64,000 nt of DNA from Octopus vulgaris (lineage: Eukaryota). Position numbers and translations under genes: made by a program. The DNA is taken from positions 43,214,001 to 43,278,000 of the forward strand of contig OX597826.1 of NCBI GenBank assembly GCA_951406725.2. Reading direction: 5' to 3'. The notes beneath the pieces were generated by a model. That model was not told where the DNA came from, searched no databases, and saw nothing but the letters and a program-made list of their open reading frames with translations. Each line of letters opens with the position of its first letter. The stretch's first letter is position 1. Below are positions 1-12,915 of this stretch, piece by piece.

Positions 1-96
1 GAAATAGCATTTACATTGATAAAAGATAAGCAATCAATTCGTTTGCTTTTAAAAACGAACTAATTCTTTTTTTTTTTTTTTAATTAGCGAGACAGA

Positions 97-294
97 ATGT
101 GTGTGTGGGTGAGTGTACACATGTATGAATGCATGTGTTTATGAGAAGAGTGAGTGTGTGTATATGTGTATGCACATGTATCTGTACATGTATGTGAGTG
201 TATTTGTATGCATGTGCATGGATGTGTTTGTGGGCGTACATATGTGTGTGTGTGGGTGTGTATGTGTGTGTGCGTGTGCGTGCGTGTGCGTATA

Positions 295-325
<31 letters not shown>

Positions 326-1129
326 GTATGAGCTGATGTGCATATATGTGAATGGATGTGCGTCAGTCTGTGAGCGCGTATGTGTCTGTGAGCGTGTGAG
401 TGTATGTGTATGCATATGCGTATGTGAGTGTATGTGTATGCATATGCGTATGTGCGCGTGTATATATGTGTGTATCTGTGGAAGTATAACAGCGAATGTA
501 TGTATCTGCATGAGTATAGTGTGTATGCGTATCTATACGAGTATAGGCGTGTGATATATAGATGCATTTGTATGTATGCATCTGTGTAAATATGTATGGG
601 TATGTGTATGCATGTGTGTGAGTGAGATATATGCTTATGTATGAGTGCGTTTATATGAGTATGCCTATATGGGCGTATCTATGTGTATATCTGTATGAAT
701 GTGTGTATATGCCTATGCCTGTGTGTGAGCGTATGTGTTTGTGTGTGTTCTGTGTATTTATATGTATGTATGTGTGAATGTATGTTTGTTGTGTGGTGTA
801 TATGCTTGTGTGCGAGCACGTGTATACGTTTGTGAGTGTAAGCGTATGCATGTGTGTGTGTGAATGTAATATGTGCGTTTATCTGTATGAGTGTATGTGT
901 GTTTGTTGTATGTGTGTATATGCTTGTGTGCGAGCACGTGTATACGTTTGTGAGTGTATGCGTATGCATGTGTGTGTGAATGTAATATGTGCGTTTATCT
1001 GTATGAGTTTATGTGTGTATGTGTATGCTTGCGTGTGAGTGTATGTATGTGTACGACCTTGTGTTTGTTTTTCAGTTTTGTGCGTACATATATGCGTGTG
1101 AAAATGTATGTGAATATCTGTGTGTCTGT

Positions 1130-1160
<31 letters not shown>

Positions 1161-1212
1161 CTGTTGTGTGTGTGTGTGTGTGTGTGTGTATGGATACGTG
1201 TGTATGCATGTA
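97..1212. repeat. Degenerate (TG)n/(TATG)n microsatellite field with an internal ~118-bp tandem duplication
   Basis: Purine-pyrimidine alternation throughout; block 'tatatgcttgtgtgcgagcacgtgtatacgtttgtgagtgta...gaatgtaatatgtgcgtttatctgtatgag' occurs at ~799 and ~917. Confidence 0.95.
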
Positions 1213-1573
1213 TGTGCTACAATGCTGGAACACTGCTGGAGTTTTGGAATGTAACAAAAGCGAAAACCACTTCAATCAACAAAGGATGTCATTAATTGCT
1301 CGGAACATATGTAACCATGGTGATTTGTGGCTTGGGAGGAGAGACGGACGATAACGATGGCTGCCATAAAGGGAGATCGAATTACAGAAGAACAGGTGAT
1401 TTCATTTGAGAGCAGAAAGAATCTCAGTGTAACCGCTGATATAGCATAGCATAGTACATGAAATAGATGCAGACGATTTGTGATGACCGTGTCGGTGAAA
1501 TTGTCATTAAGCTATTTTGACAACGCAGAATTGCAGACAGAATTTTAACACAAATCAAGAACAAATCTTAATT

Positions 1574-1575
<2 letters not shown>

Positions 1576-1640
<65 letters not shown>

Positions 1641-1645
1641 CATAT
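1576..1645. repeat. (TA)n microsatellite
   Basis: Direct reading. Confidence 0.98.
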
Positions 1646-1965
1646 ATTGGATTTTTTTCATTATTATTATTTTTTAAAGACGTTATTGTATTTCCTGAGA
1701 AGAACGATTAAAAGATTTTCCTGTGATAAAAATCAATACAGGTATTTTTATCCTTGTAATCTATTCATCTATTTATAAGAAATATCTCCTAAAACTCGAC
1801 ATTTTCGCTTTCATTGTAATTTTTGTTTATTTGTTGTGCTTACGAGCCTTCTTTTTCTACAAAAAAAAAAAAATGCTTCCAGCTGACGCAAACTGTCGTC
1901 TCTGTGACCCTGTTTCAAATCCCGATTGATGACATTTCTTGCTAATGCTCTCGAGATTGCATAAT

Positions 1966-2140
1966 CCTTCTCTCTCTCTCTCCCTTTCTCACCCCTCCTC
2001 TCTCTCTCAGTCACTTTCAGCATCACCTTCTCTGTCTGTCTGTGTGTCTGTTCATGTGTTGCCTGTGTCTCTCTGTCTCTCCACTCCCCCATCTCTGTTT
2101 GTGTGTCTATGTGTCTGTCTCTCTCGATACATCCCCTGTT

Positions 2141-2205
<65 letters not shown>

Positions 2206-2463
2206 CTCCCTCTCTCTCTCTCTCCACTTACCCTTTCTGTCTGTCTGTCTGTCTCTCCCTCTCTCTCTCTCTCCACTTACCCTTTCTGTCTGTCTGTGTT
2301 ATGGCTGTCTGTCTATCTTCCTCCGCTCACACTTTCTGTTTGTTTGTTTCTCCATTCACTCCATCTCTCTCTCCATTCACCCTATCTGTTTGTTTGTGTG
2401 TGTGTATGAGTGCCTGTCTGTCTGCTTCTCTTTCTTTCTCTCTCTCTCTCTCTTTCTTTCTCT
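1966..2463. repeat. (CT)n/(CTGT)n pyrimidine-rich compound microsatellite
   Basis: Direct reading; internal duplicate 'ctctccacttaccctttctgtctgtctg' at ~2220 and ~2269. Confidence 0.95.
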
Positions 2464-2559
2464 TCATGTGCCATGCATACCGACAGGCGTTGGCTATCAA
2501 GGGTCGCCAGGACAAAGTCTGAAGATTCATGATTTTTCTTTTTTTACACTGGGTTCCCA

Positions 2560-2800
2560 TTTGCTTTCTTGCGGTTTATTTGCAGTTAACCCTGTAAGTC
2601 TTCTATATCCTGAGTTTACTCTCGAAGCACAGGGACCATTTCACCCACAGACAAGGACATGGATCACATGACATCATATCATGTCTACACACCGTTCGTC
2701 TTGTATGACACGTCAAGGAGTCAAGCCTCTTTTGATACCTGTGTACCTTACCTACAGACCCATCTTCTGTAATATCTGATCCATAGCAGAAATACTTGAC
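2560..2800 (-). pseudogene. Degraded RTE-like LINE reverse-transcriptase C-terminal fragment
   Basis: Minus translation KYFCYGSDITEDGS ... LWVKWSLCFESKLRI resembles the RT FxYLGSxITxDG motif and the downstream LWxxxxLSxxTKLRIY of RTE-type ORFs. Confidence 0.45.
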
Positions 2801-3021
2801 TGGTACTCCCACGCCGAGTCAGATCAGAACTGGGAGTAGTGGCAACTAAGGGGTAACTCCATACTCACCAGAACCCATGAACTCCCGAGCAGGAGTGTCG
2901 TCACCTGATGTTATTTAATTCTCAGCCCACGTATCTACATCCGACATCAACTCAACACCCTTTAAATATTGTTTTGTGCTCAGCTTCTACAAAAACACTT
3001 CTATTCACACACACACACACA

Positions 3022-3058
<37 letters not shown>

Positions 3059-3825
3059 CACGTAAATATATGTATCATCCTATTTAAACCCCACTCTGAA
3101 ATTTAGGGCTTCATTTTAACCCCACCTCCCGCCACAGAGTTCAACGGAATCTCTACCTTACTGTTACATTTTAGTAAAAAAGTTACCACCCGGAAAACCG
3201 AAATAGTTCCCCAGAATATGTTTTCACGTACAACGGCTATTTATTAGTGAATATTGGTTTGTCTATGAGAGATTTGAAATAGTTGAGTGTCTGGTGAGGG
3301 AAAAACATTGAGAGTGGTCTGTGTAATGGCCTAGAAATAATACAGTTCAATTTCTTTGACAACATTTTTCCACATGAACAAATTGCTGATCAATTACAAC
3401 AGTTTAACATGGACATTGTCCTGGTGTTAAAGTGAATTATGATAGAGACGAGATATAGTATTGTTTATGAATATTTTATGAATATTTTATAGTCTCTATG
3501 ATTTCGGAATGAAGAAAACAAAAAAGTAATACGGAAAAAAAAAAAGAAAAATTCTGTGGCCAAATTCTAATCAATTTCCTCTGGTTTTCTCCGAGCCACA
3601 TTAGCCTAAGGGCAAAATAGATTTCCACCAAACTTCAATCCATGCTGGACTACACATTATGTGTGTGTGTGTATGTGTGTGTGTGTGTGTGTGTGTTCTT
3701 TTTGTTTCTGTCATAGCACTGCAGACGTGTTAGCATCTTGTGGGTACCGCTTTGAAATGTTTAGGCGATCAAATCAACCCCGGGGCTTATTTTCCTTTTT
3801 TTTTTTAACCTCTTTCTCTTTTCTC

Positions 3826-4212
3826 TTTTTACTTGTTTCAGTCATTTGACTGCGGCCATGCAGGAGCACCGCCTTTAGTCGAGCAAATCGACCCCAGGAC
3901 TTATTCTTTGTAAGCCTAGTACTTATTCTATCGGTTCTCTTTTGCCGAACCGCTAAGTTACGGGGACGTAGACACACCAGCATCGGTTGTCAAGCGATGC
4001 TGGGAGGACAAACAGACACACAAACACACATATATATACACATATATACAATGGGCTTCTTTCAGTTTCCGTCTACCAAATCCACTCACAAGGCTTTGGT
4101 CGGCCCGAGGCTATAGTAGAAGGCACTTGCCCAAGGTCCCACGCAGTGGGAATGAACCCGGAACGATGTGGTTGGTAAGCAAGCTACTTACCACACAGTC
4201 ACTCCTGCGCCT
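3826..4212 (-). mobile_element. tRNA-derived SINE, group 1 (full length, internal CA/TA tract)
   Basis: Minus-strand head GGCGCAGGAGTGACTGTGTGG (A-box-like)...GGTTCATTCCC (B-box-like); near-identical copies at 22565-23015, 30562-30935 and elsewhere. Confidence 0.9.
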
Positions 4213-4287
4213 AATTATTCTATCGGTTTGTTTTTGCCGGACCGCTGGGTGCAACATAAATCAACACCAGTTGTCAGACAATGCGAA

Positions 4288-4305
4288 ACACACACACGCA
4301 CACAT

Positions 4306-4395
<90 letters not shown>
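4288..4395. repeat. (CA)n microsatellite
   Basis: Direct reading. Confidence 0.98.
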
Positions 4396-4397
<2 letters not shown>

Positions 4398-4459
4398 TAC
4401 ATTCTTCTGTCTTGCCATTATTTCTCGCGGCAGATTATACGTTCCCTCTCTTTGTCCTG

Positions 4460-4810
4460 GCCTTGCAATGGCGAGGAGTCCTGCGTGTTCCTTAGATTCG
4501 AAAGAACGTTACCGTTTGGAGCTTTGCTCCTAGTAGGGCCACACTATGCAGGCAGGCCGCCTGGGGAGATTTCAGACAGACGGTGACCCGCAGCATGTCA
4601 GATAGTCACCAAGCAGGCAGCTCCATCATCTGACTATTCTGCAGAGAGCCATCAACCCGCTCAGAAGAACCCTCAACCTGTTACGACACCGACCAGAAGA
4701 AACCGGACTGCCTAACATCGGAACTGATCCCTACGTGCTCCTAACCAACGAGATGCAGACCCTACACCAGCGATAGTGGGGGGACAACTAGTGGACCTGG
4801 TCGGCTGTAC
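4460..4810 (+). mobile_element. Possible Gypsy LTR-retrotransposon pol 3' end/PPT relic
   Basis: GC-richer block; NGEESCV resembles the integrase C-terminal NGKEDxVSIDRLK; purine tract AGTGGGGGGA at ~4775. Confidence 0.3.
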
Positions 4811-4818
4811 ATACGATG

Positions 4819-5254
<436 letters not shown>

Positions 5255-5344
5255 ATGACGTCTCTGGGACCACTAATCTGGGATGATCCCAATCTCCTCG
5301 TGCAAGAGTATGGTAATAATTCTTTCTGCGATTTGGGGATAGAA

Positions 5345-5535
5345 AGTTTGTCGATTATATCGATCCCAGTGTTCAGCTGATACATATTTCAGAAGGATAA
5401 ACGGCAAAATCGATCCCGAAAGGATGAAAGGCAAAGTCGTGATTAGTGGAATTTGAAATCGGAATGTAAAAACGGAAGAAATGCCGCTAAGCATTTTTAT
5501 CCGGCATGCTAATGATTTACCAGCTCGCCACCCTA
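5345..5535 (-). mobile_element. SINE group 2 (Meta-domain-like), diverged copy
   Basis: Reverse complement of GACTTTGCCTTTCATCCTTTCGGG..CGAT core shared with many copies in the window. Confidence 0.8.
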
Positions 5536-7466
5536 CGCGTTGGTAATAATGGTTTCACAAAGGTCATTGGTGCGGTGGCTTGGCTTCAACAAGGAACTGA
5601 AGCCCTCTTGGAATATTGCAGTGTTGGTACTTACTATTTATTGTCGAGATCTCATTTCGATAAAATCGACGGTAAGTGCCAGTTGATGGTAAGTATCAGT
5701 TGATGGTAAGTACCAGTAAGTCCCGGGGTCGATCTAATCGACTTACCCCTTCCCCTGAAATTGCTTAGACATGCTTAAATTTGAAACTGATATAATCAAC
5801 GTTCTCATGTAAAAATAATATGAACCAATATAAAATTAGTATAAGAAAAAGAAAGAAATTGATAAATTCAAGAAAATAGCGAAAAAAATTTTAAAGCACT
5901 GTTTGTCACGCTTTCCAGATTGGTTGGTTAGCAGTACATACTTGGTTCGATTCCAGTTGATGACATTAAATTTCTTTTTTTCCTTTGTTTTTACTTCAAA
6001 TTACTTCGAATCGTATTACTAGTTCTGAGAAGATGTATTCCCCTGTTTTTGGTTATGTTTGTTAACTTGCAGAACTGGGGAAGATTATTTTTTTGGTTAG
6101 TATTATTGTTTTCATATTTTATTGATTTTTATGTGTTTGTAACTTAATTTGTTTTGTATTTAATAAATTCTGTTTGCTACGTTTAGTTTCTTTATTAATG
6201 TCTTATAGTTTTTTTATGTTCTGTATTTCTTTAGGTAGTAACGTTTGATTTAATATATCTTTTTCTATTTTCTATACTTTATTTTATTAAATTTCTATGT
6301 CTAATAGCTCCAGTTGTATGACGATTTATGATGGAGATTTAGTGATTGTGTTCGTGCTTTGTAACTATAAGCAAGTAACGACTTAATGAACACATTTGAC
6401 CCGTTCTTCTTGACTTCTAATCCCAGGCAGCGTTTATATTTTTGATACTGTTGACACCGCCGTTGTGAATGGTACAACACCGGTGTCGAAACCATGATGA
6501 TATCCGATAGACATCTGAAGATAAGATACATATGTTTGATGTTTGTTTGTAGATGTTTTTCGTTGTGAACCTTTTGTATCTTGTATTCTCATTGTCTCAG
6601 AGTTGTCCTTCATTGAGATTCAAGTAACGATAAGGATTAAGATTGTTCGAGGAATTTATATTATGGAGTGTTTTTTTTTTTTTTGCATGGGTACCATATG
6701 TCCAATATAATCAATGTTGTATTAGTAGACGTAGACTCACAAATATCTTTCTGCTGTCTGTGTTTCAAGAACGATACTGTATTTTCTTTAAGAATTTCGT
6801 ATGCTGGAACAGTCATCATATAATGGCGGTTTGTTTTTGAGCCGGTGTTAAAGATAGTTCTGGATCTTTCTCAGTTGTAGTATTCTGATACTCAATTTAG
6901 TTATTTATGCACTAACAATGCAAGGTCACAACTCTTTGTTTCGACTATTACAGTTGTGTCCTCATTGGATTCTATTATTTCGAGAGATTCTGTAGATTTG
7001 CAATGAAGTAATGTTTTTTATAGGAGTGAAGCCTTACATCGGGTTATCAGCGAACTCATATAAAAGCTAACTATATCGATATATGAGTTCTTTCAAACAT
7101 CGTTACAAAGAAAATCCATCACTCTCTAAATGCAACTAGCAAAAGAAAGAGCGTGATAAATTGCGTGGTCTATCCTTTCTAGATCCATCATATGCAGTTA
7201 TATTGAATGCAATGCGGTCTATGTCACATCATATAATACTCCATTCACATGATGAATTGAAAAATAGAATTAATATCTACTTGCAGATAGTGTATGACAT
7301 GTCTTCTATCACTTTTCAGAGTACCGGACAAAGAACTCATGACCTTACACTTCACGCGACAAACTACCATTCTGTTATATATCTGCTGAGGATAGTTGTG
7401 TCTAAATTCTTGAATACTCGTGTGAAACTCTGACAAAAGTAATTATATTATACATACATACATACA

Positions 7467-7502
<36 letters not shown>

Positions 7503-7504
7503 TT

Positions 7505-7770
7505 ATAGTGAGATTTACAAAAAAAGAAAAGACGAAGATGGGTGGGAAAACAACAAACATGTATTAGTTTAACGCTCGGGAAGTGAAAAAGTATTTTACG
7601 TTTCGAGCCTACGCTCTTCGGCAGGAAGGAACACAGAGATAAGCAGGGAGAGAAAATAAAAAAAATGTTTAGTGGTAGCGATCTATCATGGCAAATGCTG
7701 AACAGATGGGTCACACAAGAGAGCTAGGAAGAAGGGAGATAATAAAGTAGTAGTGATCCCAAAATGAGGA
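7505..7770 (-). mobile_element. Probable Penelope-like pLTR relic with hammerhead-like motif (7591-7630)
   Basis: Homologous to 9952-10160; minus strand CTGCCGAAGAGCGTAGGCTCGAAACGTA. Confidence 0.55.
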
Positions 7771-7970
7771 TGCGCATGTGTTTGTATGTGAAAGCATGTA
7801 TGTGCGTGTGGAAGGGAGCTGGTGGCCTTGACGTGTGCGTGTGTGCATGTGTAGGTTTGTGGATGATAGTGTGGGTGCTGGGAAGGGGTCAGTTCTAGTG
7901 TGTGCTAGTGAAGCAATTCAGCGAAGATTCACCAAGCTCTGAGTCGAAACTATAGAAAATATATATATTA

Positions 7971-8100
7971 CTTAGCGGTTCGGCAAAAGAGACCGATAGA
8001 ATAAGTACTGGGCTTACAAAGAATAAGTTCTGGGGTCGAGTTGCTCGATTAAAGGCGGTGCTCCAGCATGGCCGCAGTCAAATGACTGAAACAAGTAAAA
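7971..8100 (+). mobile_element. SINE group 1, 3' half
   Basis: Matches the 3' part of 3826-3960 in opposite orientation. Confidence 0.9.
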
Positions 8101-8255
8101 GAGAAAAGAGAAAAGAGAGATAATATACATTATTTTCATTATTTACAATTGACGGATATTTGTCCTCATCACCAGGTGTCTTGGGGAAATTTCGAGCCTG
8201 GGTTCTCATTCCTTGGGTATTTTTCGATGTTGTTGTTGTTGTTACTATTATCATT

Positions 8256-8824
8256 GAGTGAGAGCAGTGCATGCCATCGAAGTGACACTGGTGTAAAATA
8301 TACGAAGCCCAGTATACCCATCATGACTGCCCGTCTGATAAGGGTACACTAGGCACATGCATCACAACCATATGTGCGCGACATGGTGATCTCAAATCAA
8401 GATAAACAGCACATGACCTTGCAGGTGGGGCCCAGTTAGAATTTTCTTCTGGTCGAGTAGCCCATTCTGCTCAAAAGGTCCGTGAATATGAATTGTTTAA
8501 GGATGTTGAACGAACCACCCATATTTCCAGAGGTTAGTTATTCTAACCCCAAAGAATGCTTCTCAACACATGGCTATGATGTTCCCCCACTTCTTCTGCT
8601 CGTGATCAGAGATGCACATATCGTCAGTCACTAAGGGACATGCTCAACTGGTTAAGGTCAAACAACTGACAAGCAAATCTGTGGTATTGAGCAGAATATT
8701 TGCTGTAGCCCATCTTTTATACCAAGGCAAAATGTACATGATAACACTTCCAATTAGTTGAGATCAGAATCCACGAGTGCCACTACTTGGTACTGCATCA
8801 GGGCATTGGTACTGCATCAGGGCA
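8256..8824. mobile_element. Unclassified ~570-bp insertion lying within a (TTA)n tract, ending in a 19-bp tandem duplication
   Basis: Flanked by TTA/TTG repeats on both sides; TTGGTACTGCATCAGGGCA twice at 8787-8824. Confidence 0.45.
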
Positions 8825-8863
<39 letters not shown>

Positions 8864-8868
<5 letters not shown>

Positions 8869-8939
8869 TCACTACCTGGAATCGAACTCGGCATCTTGGG
8901 GTTAGTAGCCCGTGCTCTTAACCACTACGCTAAATGCCC
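8864..8939 (-). ncRNA. tRNA-like module (tRNA-Ile(AAT)-like, anticodon position ACT) belonging to a repeat; not a bona fide tRNA gene
   Basis: GGGCATTTAGCGTAGTGGTTAAGAGCACGGGCTACTAACCCCAAGATGCCGAGTTCGATTCCAGGTAGTGACC: A/B boxes and GGG-CTACTAA-CCC arm, imperfect acceptor and T stems; further copies at 61604-61651 and 61835-61877. Confidence 0.7.
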
Positions 8940-8940
8940 A

Positions 8941-9620
<680 letters not shown>

Positions 9621-9621
<1 letters not shown>

Positions 9622-9929
9622 TCACCGTAATCACCGTGACCGACCAAACTATCAGATGTTGTTACACATCGCTGGTCACAATGCGCTTCGCATTGTTTTA
9701 GCCTTCAAATGACGCCACCCCGCTGGCTAAGCGAGCAGGCCAACAGAAGAGTTAGAGAAAGTTGTGGCGAAAGCGTACAGCAGGGATCGCCACCACCTCC
9801 TGCCGGAGCCTCGTGGAGAATTAGGTGTTTTCGCTCAATAAACACTCACAACGCCCAGTTTGGGAATCGAAGCCGCGATCCTACGACCGCGAATCCGCTG
9901 CCCTAACCACTGGACCATTGCGCCTCCAC
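9621..9929 (-). mobile_element. tRNA-derived SINE, group 3: head A + tail Y
   Basis: Head GTGGAGGCGCAATGGTCCAGTGGTTAGGGCAGCGG...TTCGATTCCC shared with 54694-55080; distinct 3' tail ending (CACGGTGAT)-like repeats. Confidence 0.85.
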
Positions 9930-9951
9930 TTATACATATATATATATATAT

Positions 9952-10160
9952 AACGGGAAGCTTTATTAAAATAAACAAAAGACGAAGGCAGGTGGAGTAC
10001 AAACAAACAATTGTATTAGTATGGCGCTCAGGAATATAAATAAAACAAGTCTTTAACGTTTCGAGCCTACGCTCTTCAACAGAAAGATACACAGAAAAGA
10101 AACACGGAGAGAAACAAGGAGAGAAAAAAATGCGTGCAGAGGCTAGCGAATCAACATGAT
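9952..10160 (-). mobile_element. Probable Penelope-like pLTR relic with hammerhead-like motif (10049-10088)
   Basis: Minus strand TCTTT CTGTTGA A GAGC GTAG GCTC GAAA CG TT AAAGA; embedded in (TA)n. Confidence 0.6.
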
Positions 10161-10665
10161 ATATATCATATATATATATATATATCATATATATATATAT
10201 TATATGTATATTATATATGTATATAATATATATATATATTATATATGTATATAATATATATATATATATTATATATATTATATGAATATATATATATTTT
10301 ATAAATATATATATTATATATATATCATATATATCTATTATATATATATTATATATATATTATAAATATATATATTATAAATATATATATTATATACATC
10401 TATTATATATATTATATATATATTATATGAATATATATATATTATAAATATATATATTATATATATCTATTATATATATATTATATATATATATTATATG
10501 AATATATATATATATTATAAATATATATATTATATATATCTATTATATATATATTATATATATATATTATATGAATATATATATATATTATAAATATATA
10601 TATTATATATATCTATTATATATATATATATTATATATTTATATATATTATATATATATATATAT
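10160..10665. repeat. Interrupted (TA)n with ~71-bp higher-order periodicity
   Basis: ATGAAT...TATAAAT...TCTATT pattern recurs at ~10427, 10498, 10571. Confidence 0.9.
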
Positions 10666-11262
10666 AGAAAGAGAGAGGGAGAGAGAGACTATAACTATCT
10701 CTGTAACATGTGTTTACTGCAAGTACTTCCGTCAGAAACAAAAATGTCTTTAAAACGTGACTTGACTTTTTATAATGTAATATGTGTGTGCGTGTGTGAG
10801 CGTATATAGATATCTGTCATTATGTAATATATATATTATATATATACGTGTATGCGTGTGAACATATATATATATATATGAGAGAGAGAGGGAAAGAAAG
10901 ACCATGTTTATAATCAAACGAGTTCCAGAATGGTATACTGCATTTTCAAATTAACTAGTTTGATGCCTCACTGACATGTCTGGCAAAAGGTAAATTAGCT
11001 TTCCATTCCTTCGAGGTGGATTAATAACTATAGTTGTCAGTTGGACTTCTCCTTCTTTCTCTCCCCCTCTCTCTCCGAAATCAATATTATATGACTGTGT
11101 ATAGGAGAATAATATAGTTTGTACGCACATAATAAGTTTTACATTACATATATATATGATTGTAACCACTAATATTGATTTCTAGTGAAGGTATATAGCC
11201 TTAAATTTGCGGGATAGATATAGTCGATTATTATCCTTCTCGGTACTTAACCGATTGTTTAA

Positions 11263-11483
11263 CCCTTTGGTATCAAAACCGACCGTATCAAGCCCGTATA
11301 TTCTATGTGTTTTATGCTCAATCCAGTAAGATCTGCCTTCTCATACTTACCCAACAATGTCATGCTAAAAATAAAACAATTACAGCATCAGAATGTTGAA
11401 GCTATGAGGTAATGCATGATTTATTGAAAACAATGTAAATAAAAAAGCATTATCTTTGACAGAAGATTCAGAATGCTAAAGGG
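11263..11483. mobile_element. piggyBac-type MITE (221 bp)
   Basis: TTAA|CCCTTTGGTATC ... GAATGCTAAAGGG|TTAA: TTAA TSD and CCCTTT terminal inverted repeats. Confidence 0.85.
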
Positions 11484-11849
11484 TTAAGGTGAATGGTTTT
11501 ATGGAATTTGAACTTAGGATGTAAAGGGCCTTGATCCACTCCCACATGCACAGATACACACCTGAAGTAGGATATAAGTACAAAAACAAGACAACAAGGG
11601 AGGGGCAAATGTTGACAAATATTGTGTTAGCTTAAGGCTTATAAAGAAGTGACAGGGACGTTGGTCCTTCATCAGAGGAAAGCTCGAAAATAAAAGAATG
11701 AAAGGAGAAAAGATGGTTGGAAAAATTAGAAAATAAAATTTATGGAAAATGTTGGTTCGAGAACTGCACAGCATTTTGTACGATGCTCAAACGATTCTAT
11801 AAATTCGCTACCCTTACATCATCTAATATTACAAACTCCTATGACGACG

Positions 11850-12050
11850 AGCCCACAGAACCGTTAGCACACTGGGCTAACTGTTCCAGAGGTATCTCGT
11901 ATTGTTTTACGTTCTGTGTTCAAATTCCGTCGAGATCGACTTTGCTTTTCATCTTTTCGCGGTTGATAAAATAAGTACCAGTTGAGCACTGGGATTTAAT
12001 GTGATCGACTTATTCCTTTCCCCGAACTTGTTCCAAAATTTGAAATCAAT
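11850..12050 (+). mobile_element. SINE group 2, diverged copy
   Basis: GTTCAAATTCC B-box followed by GACTTTGCTTTTCATCTTTTCG core. Confidence 0.8.
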
Positions 12051-12384
12051 ATTACAAACTCCTATCTAAAGGTTTCGTGCAGCCTGCTTTTGACAACAGT
12101 ATTCATAAGTTATTAAACAAAACAGCGCTCGAAATCATATGGCGTGATACAGTGAACAGCACTCAACATTAGACATGTGATAGCATGTCTGTTGAATCCT
12201 CAGCAACTTGTACGTTAATTTCAAGAGCAGGCCGCTCCGTTCATTGAATCAACTGGAACCCTCGCCGTTGTAACCGACAGAGAGCCAGGCCACCACCCAA
12301 GTGGTCTTTGGTTCGACTCCACAGCGTGGCATCTTAAACAAGCATCTTTCACCAGAACGTTGAATCAACCCAAACCATGTGAGT

Positions 12385-12915
12385 GTGGGTAGTAAAGAAA
12401 TAGGTATTTCGTCTGCCGCTACGTTCTGAGTTTAAATTCTACCGAGGTCGACTTTGCCTTTCATCCTTTCAGGGTAGATTAAATAAGTACCAGTTACGCA
12501 CTGGGGTCGATATTATCGACTTAATCCGTTTGTCTGTCCTTGTTTGTCCCTTCTGTGTTTAGCCCCTTGTGGGTAGTAAAGAAATAGGTATTTCGTCTGC
12601 CGTTACGTTCTGAGTTCAAATTCTGCCGAGGTCGACTTTGCCATTCATCCTTTCGGGGTCGATAAATTAAGTAACAGTTACGCACTGGGGTCTATATAAT
12701 CGACTTAATCCGTTTGTCTGTCCTTGTTTGTCCTCTCTGTGTTTAGCCCCTTGTGGGTAGTAAAGAATTAGGTATTTCGTCCGTTTTCGCATTCTGCTTT
12801 CAAATTCTGCCGAGGTCAACTTTGCCTTTCATCCTTTCGAGGTCGATAAAATAAGTAGCAGTGGAGCACTGGTGTCGATATAATCGACTTACTCCTTTCC
12901 CTGGAATTGCTGGCC
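12385..12915 (+). mobile_element. Head-to-tail concatemer of 5'-truncated group 2 SINEs (184-bp period)
   Basis: Junction GTGGGTAGTAAAGAA(A/T)TAGGTATTTCGTC at 12385, 12569, 12753. Confidence 0.9.

Noticed and set aside
5940-6900. Possible decayed Penelope coding region on the minus strand
   Set aside because: Strand-biased composition only; no motif I can defend
8864-8939. Functional tRNA-Ser(ACT) gene
   Set aside because: Mismatched acceptor and T stems, no long variable arm, no T-run terminator, and repeated as part of a mobile element
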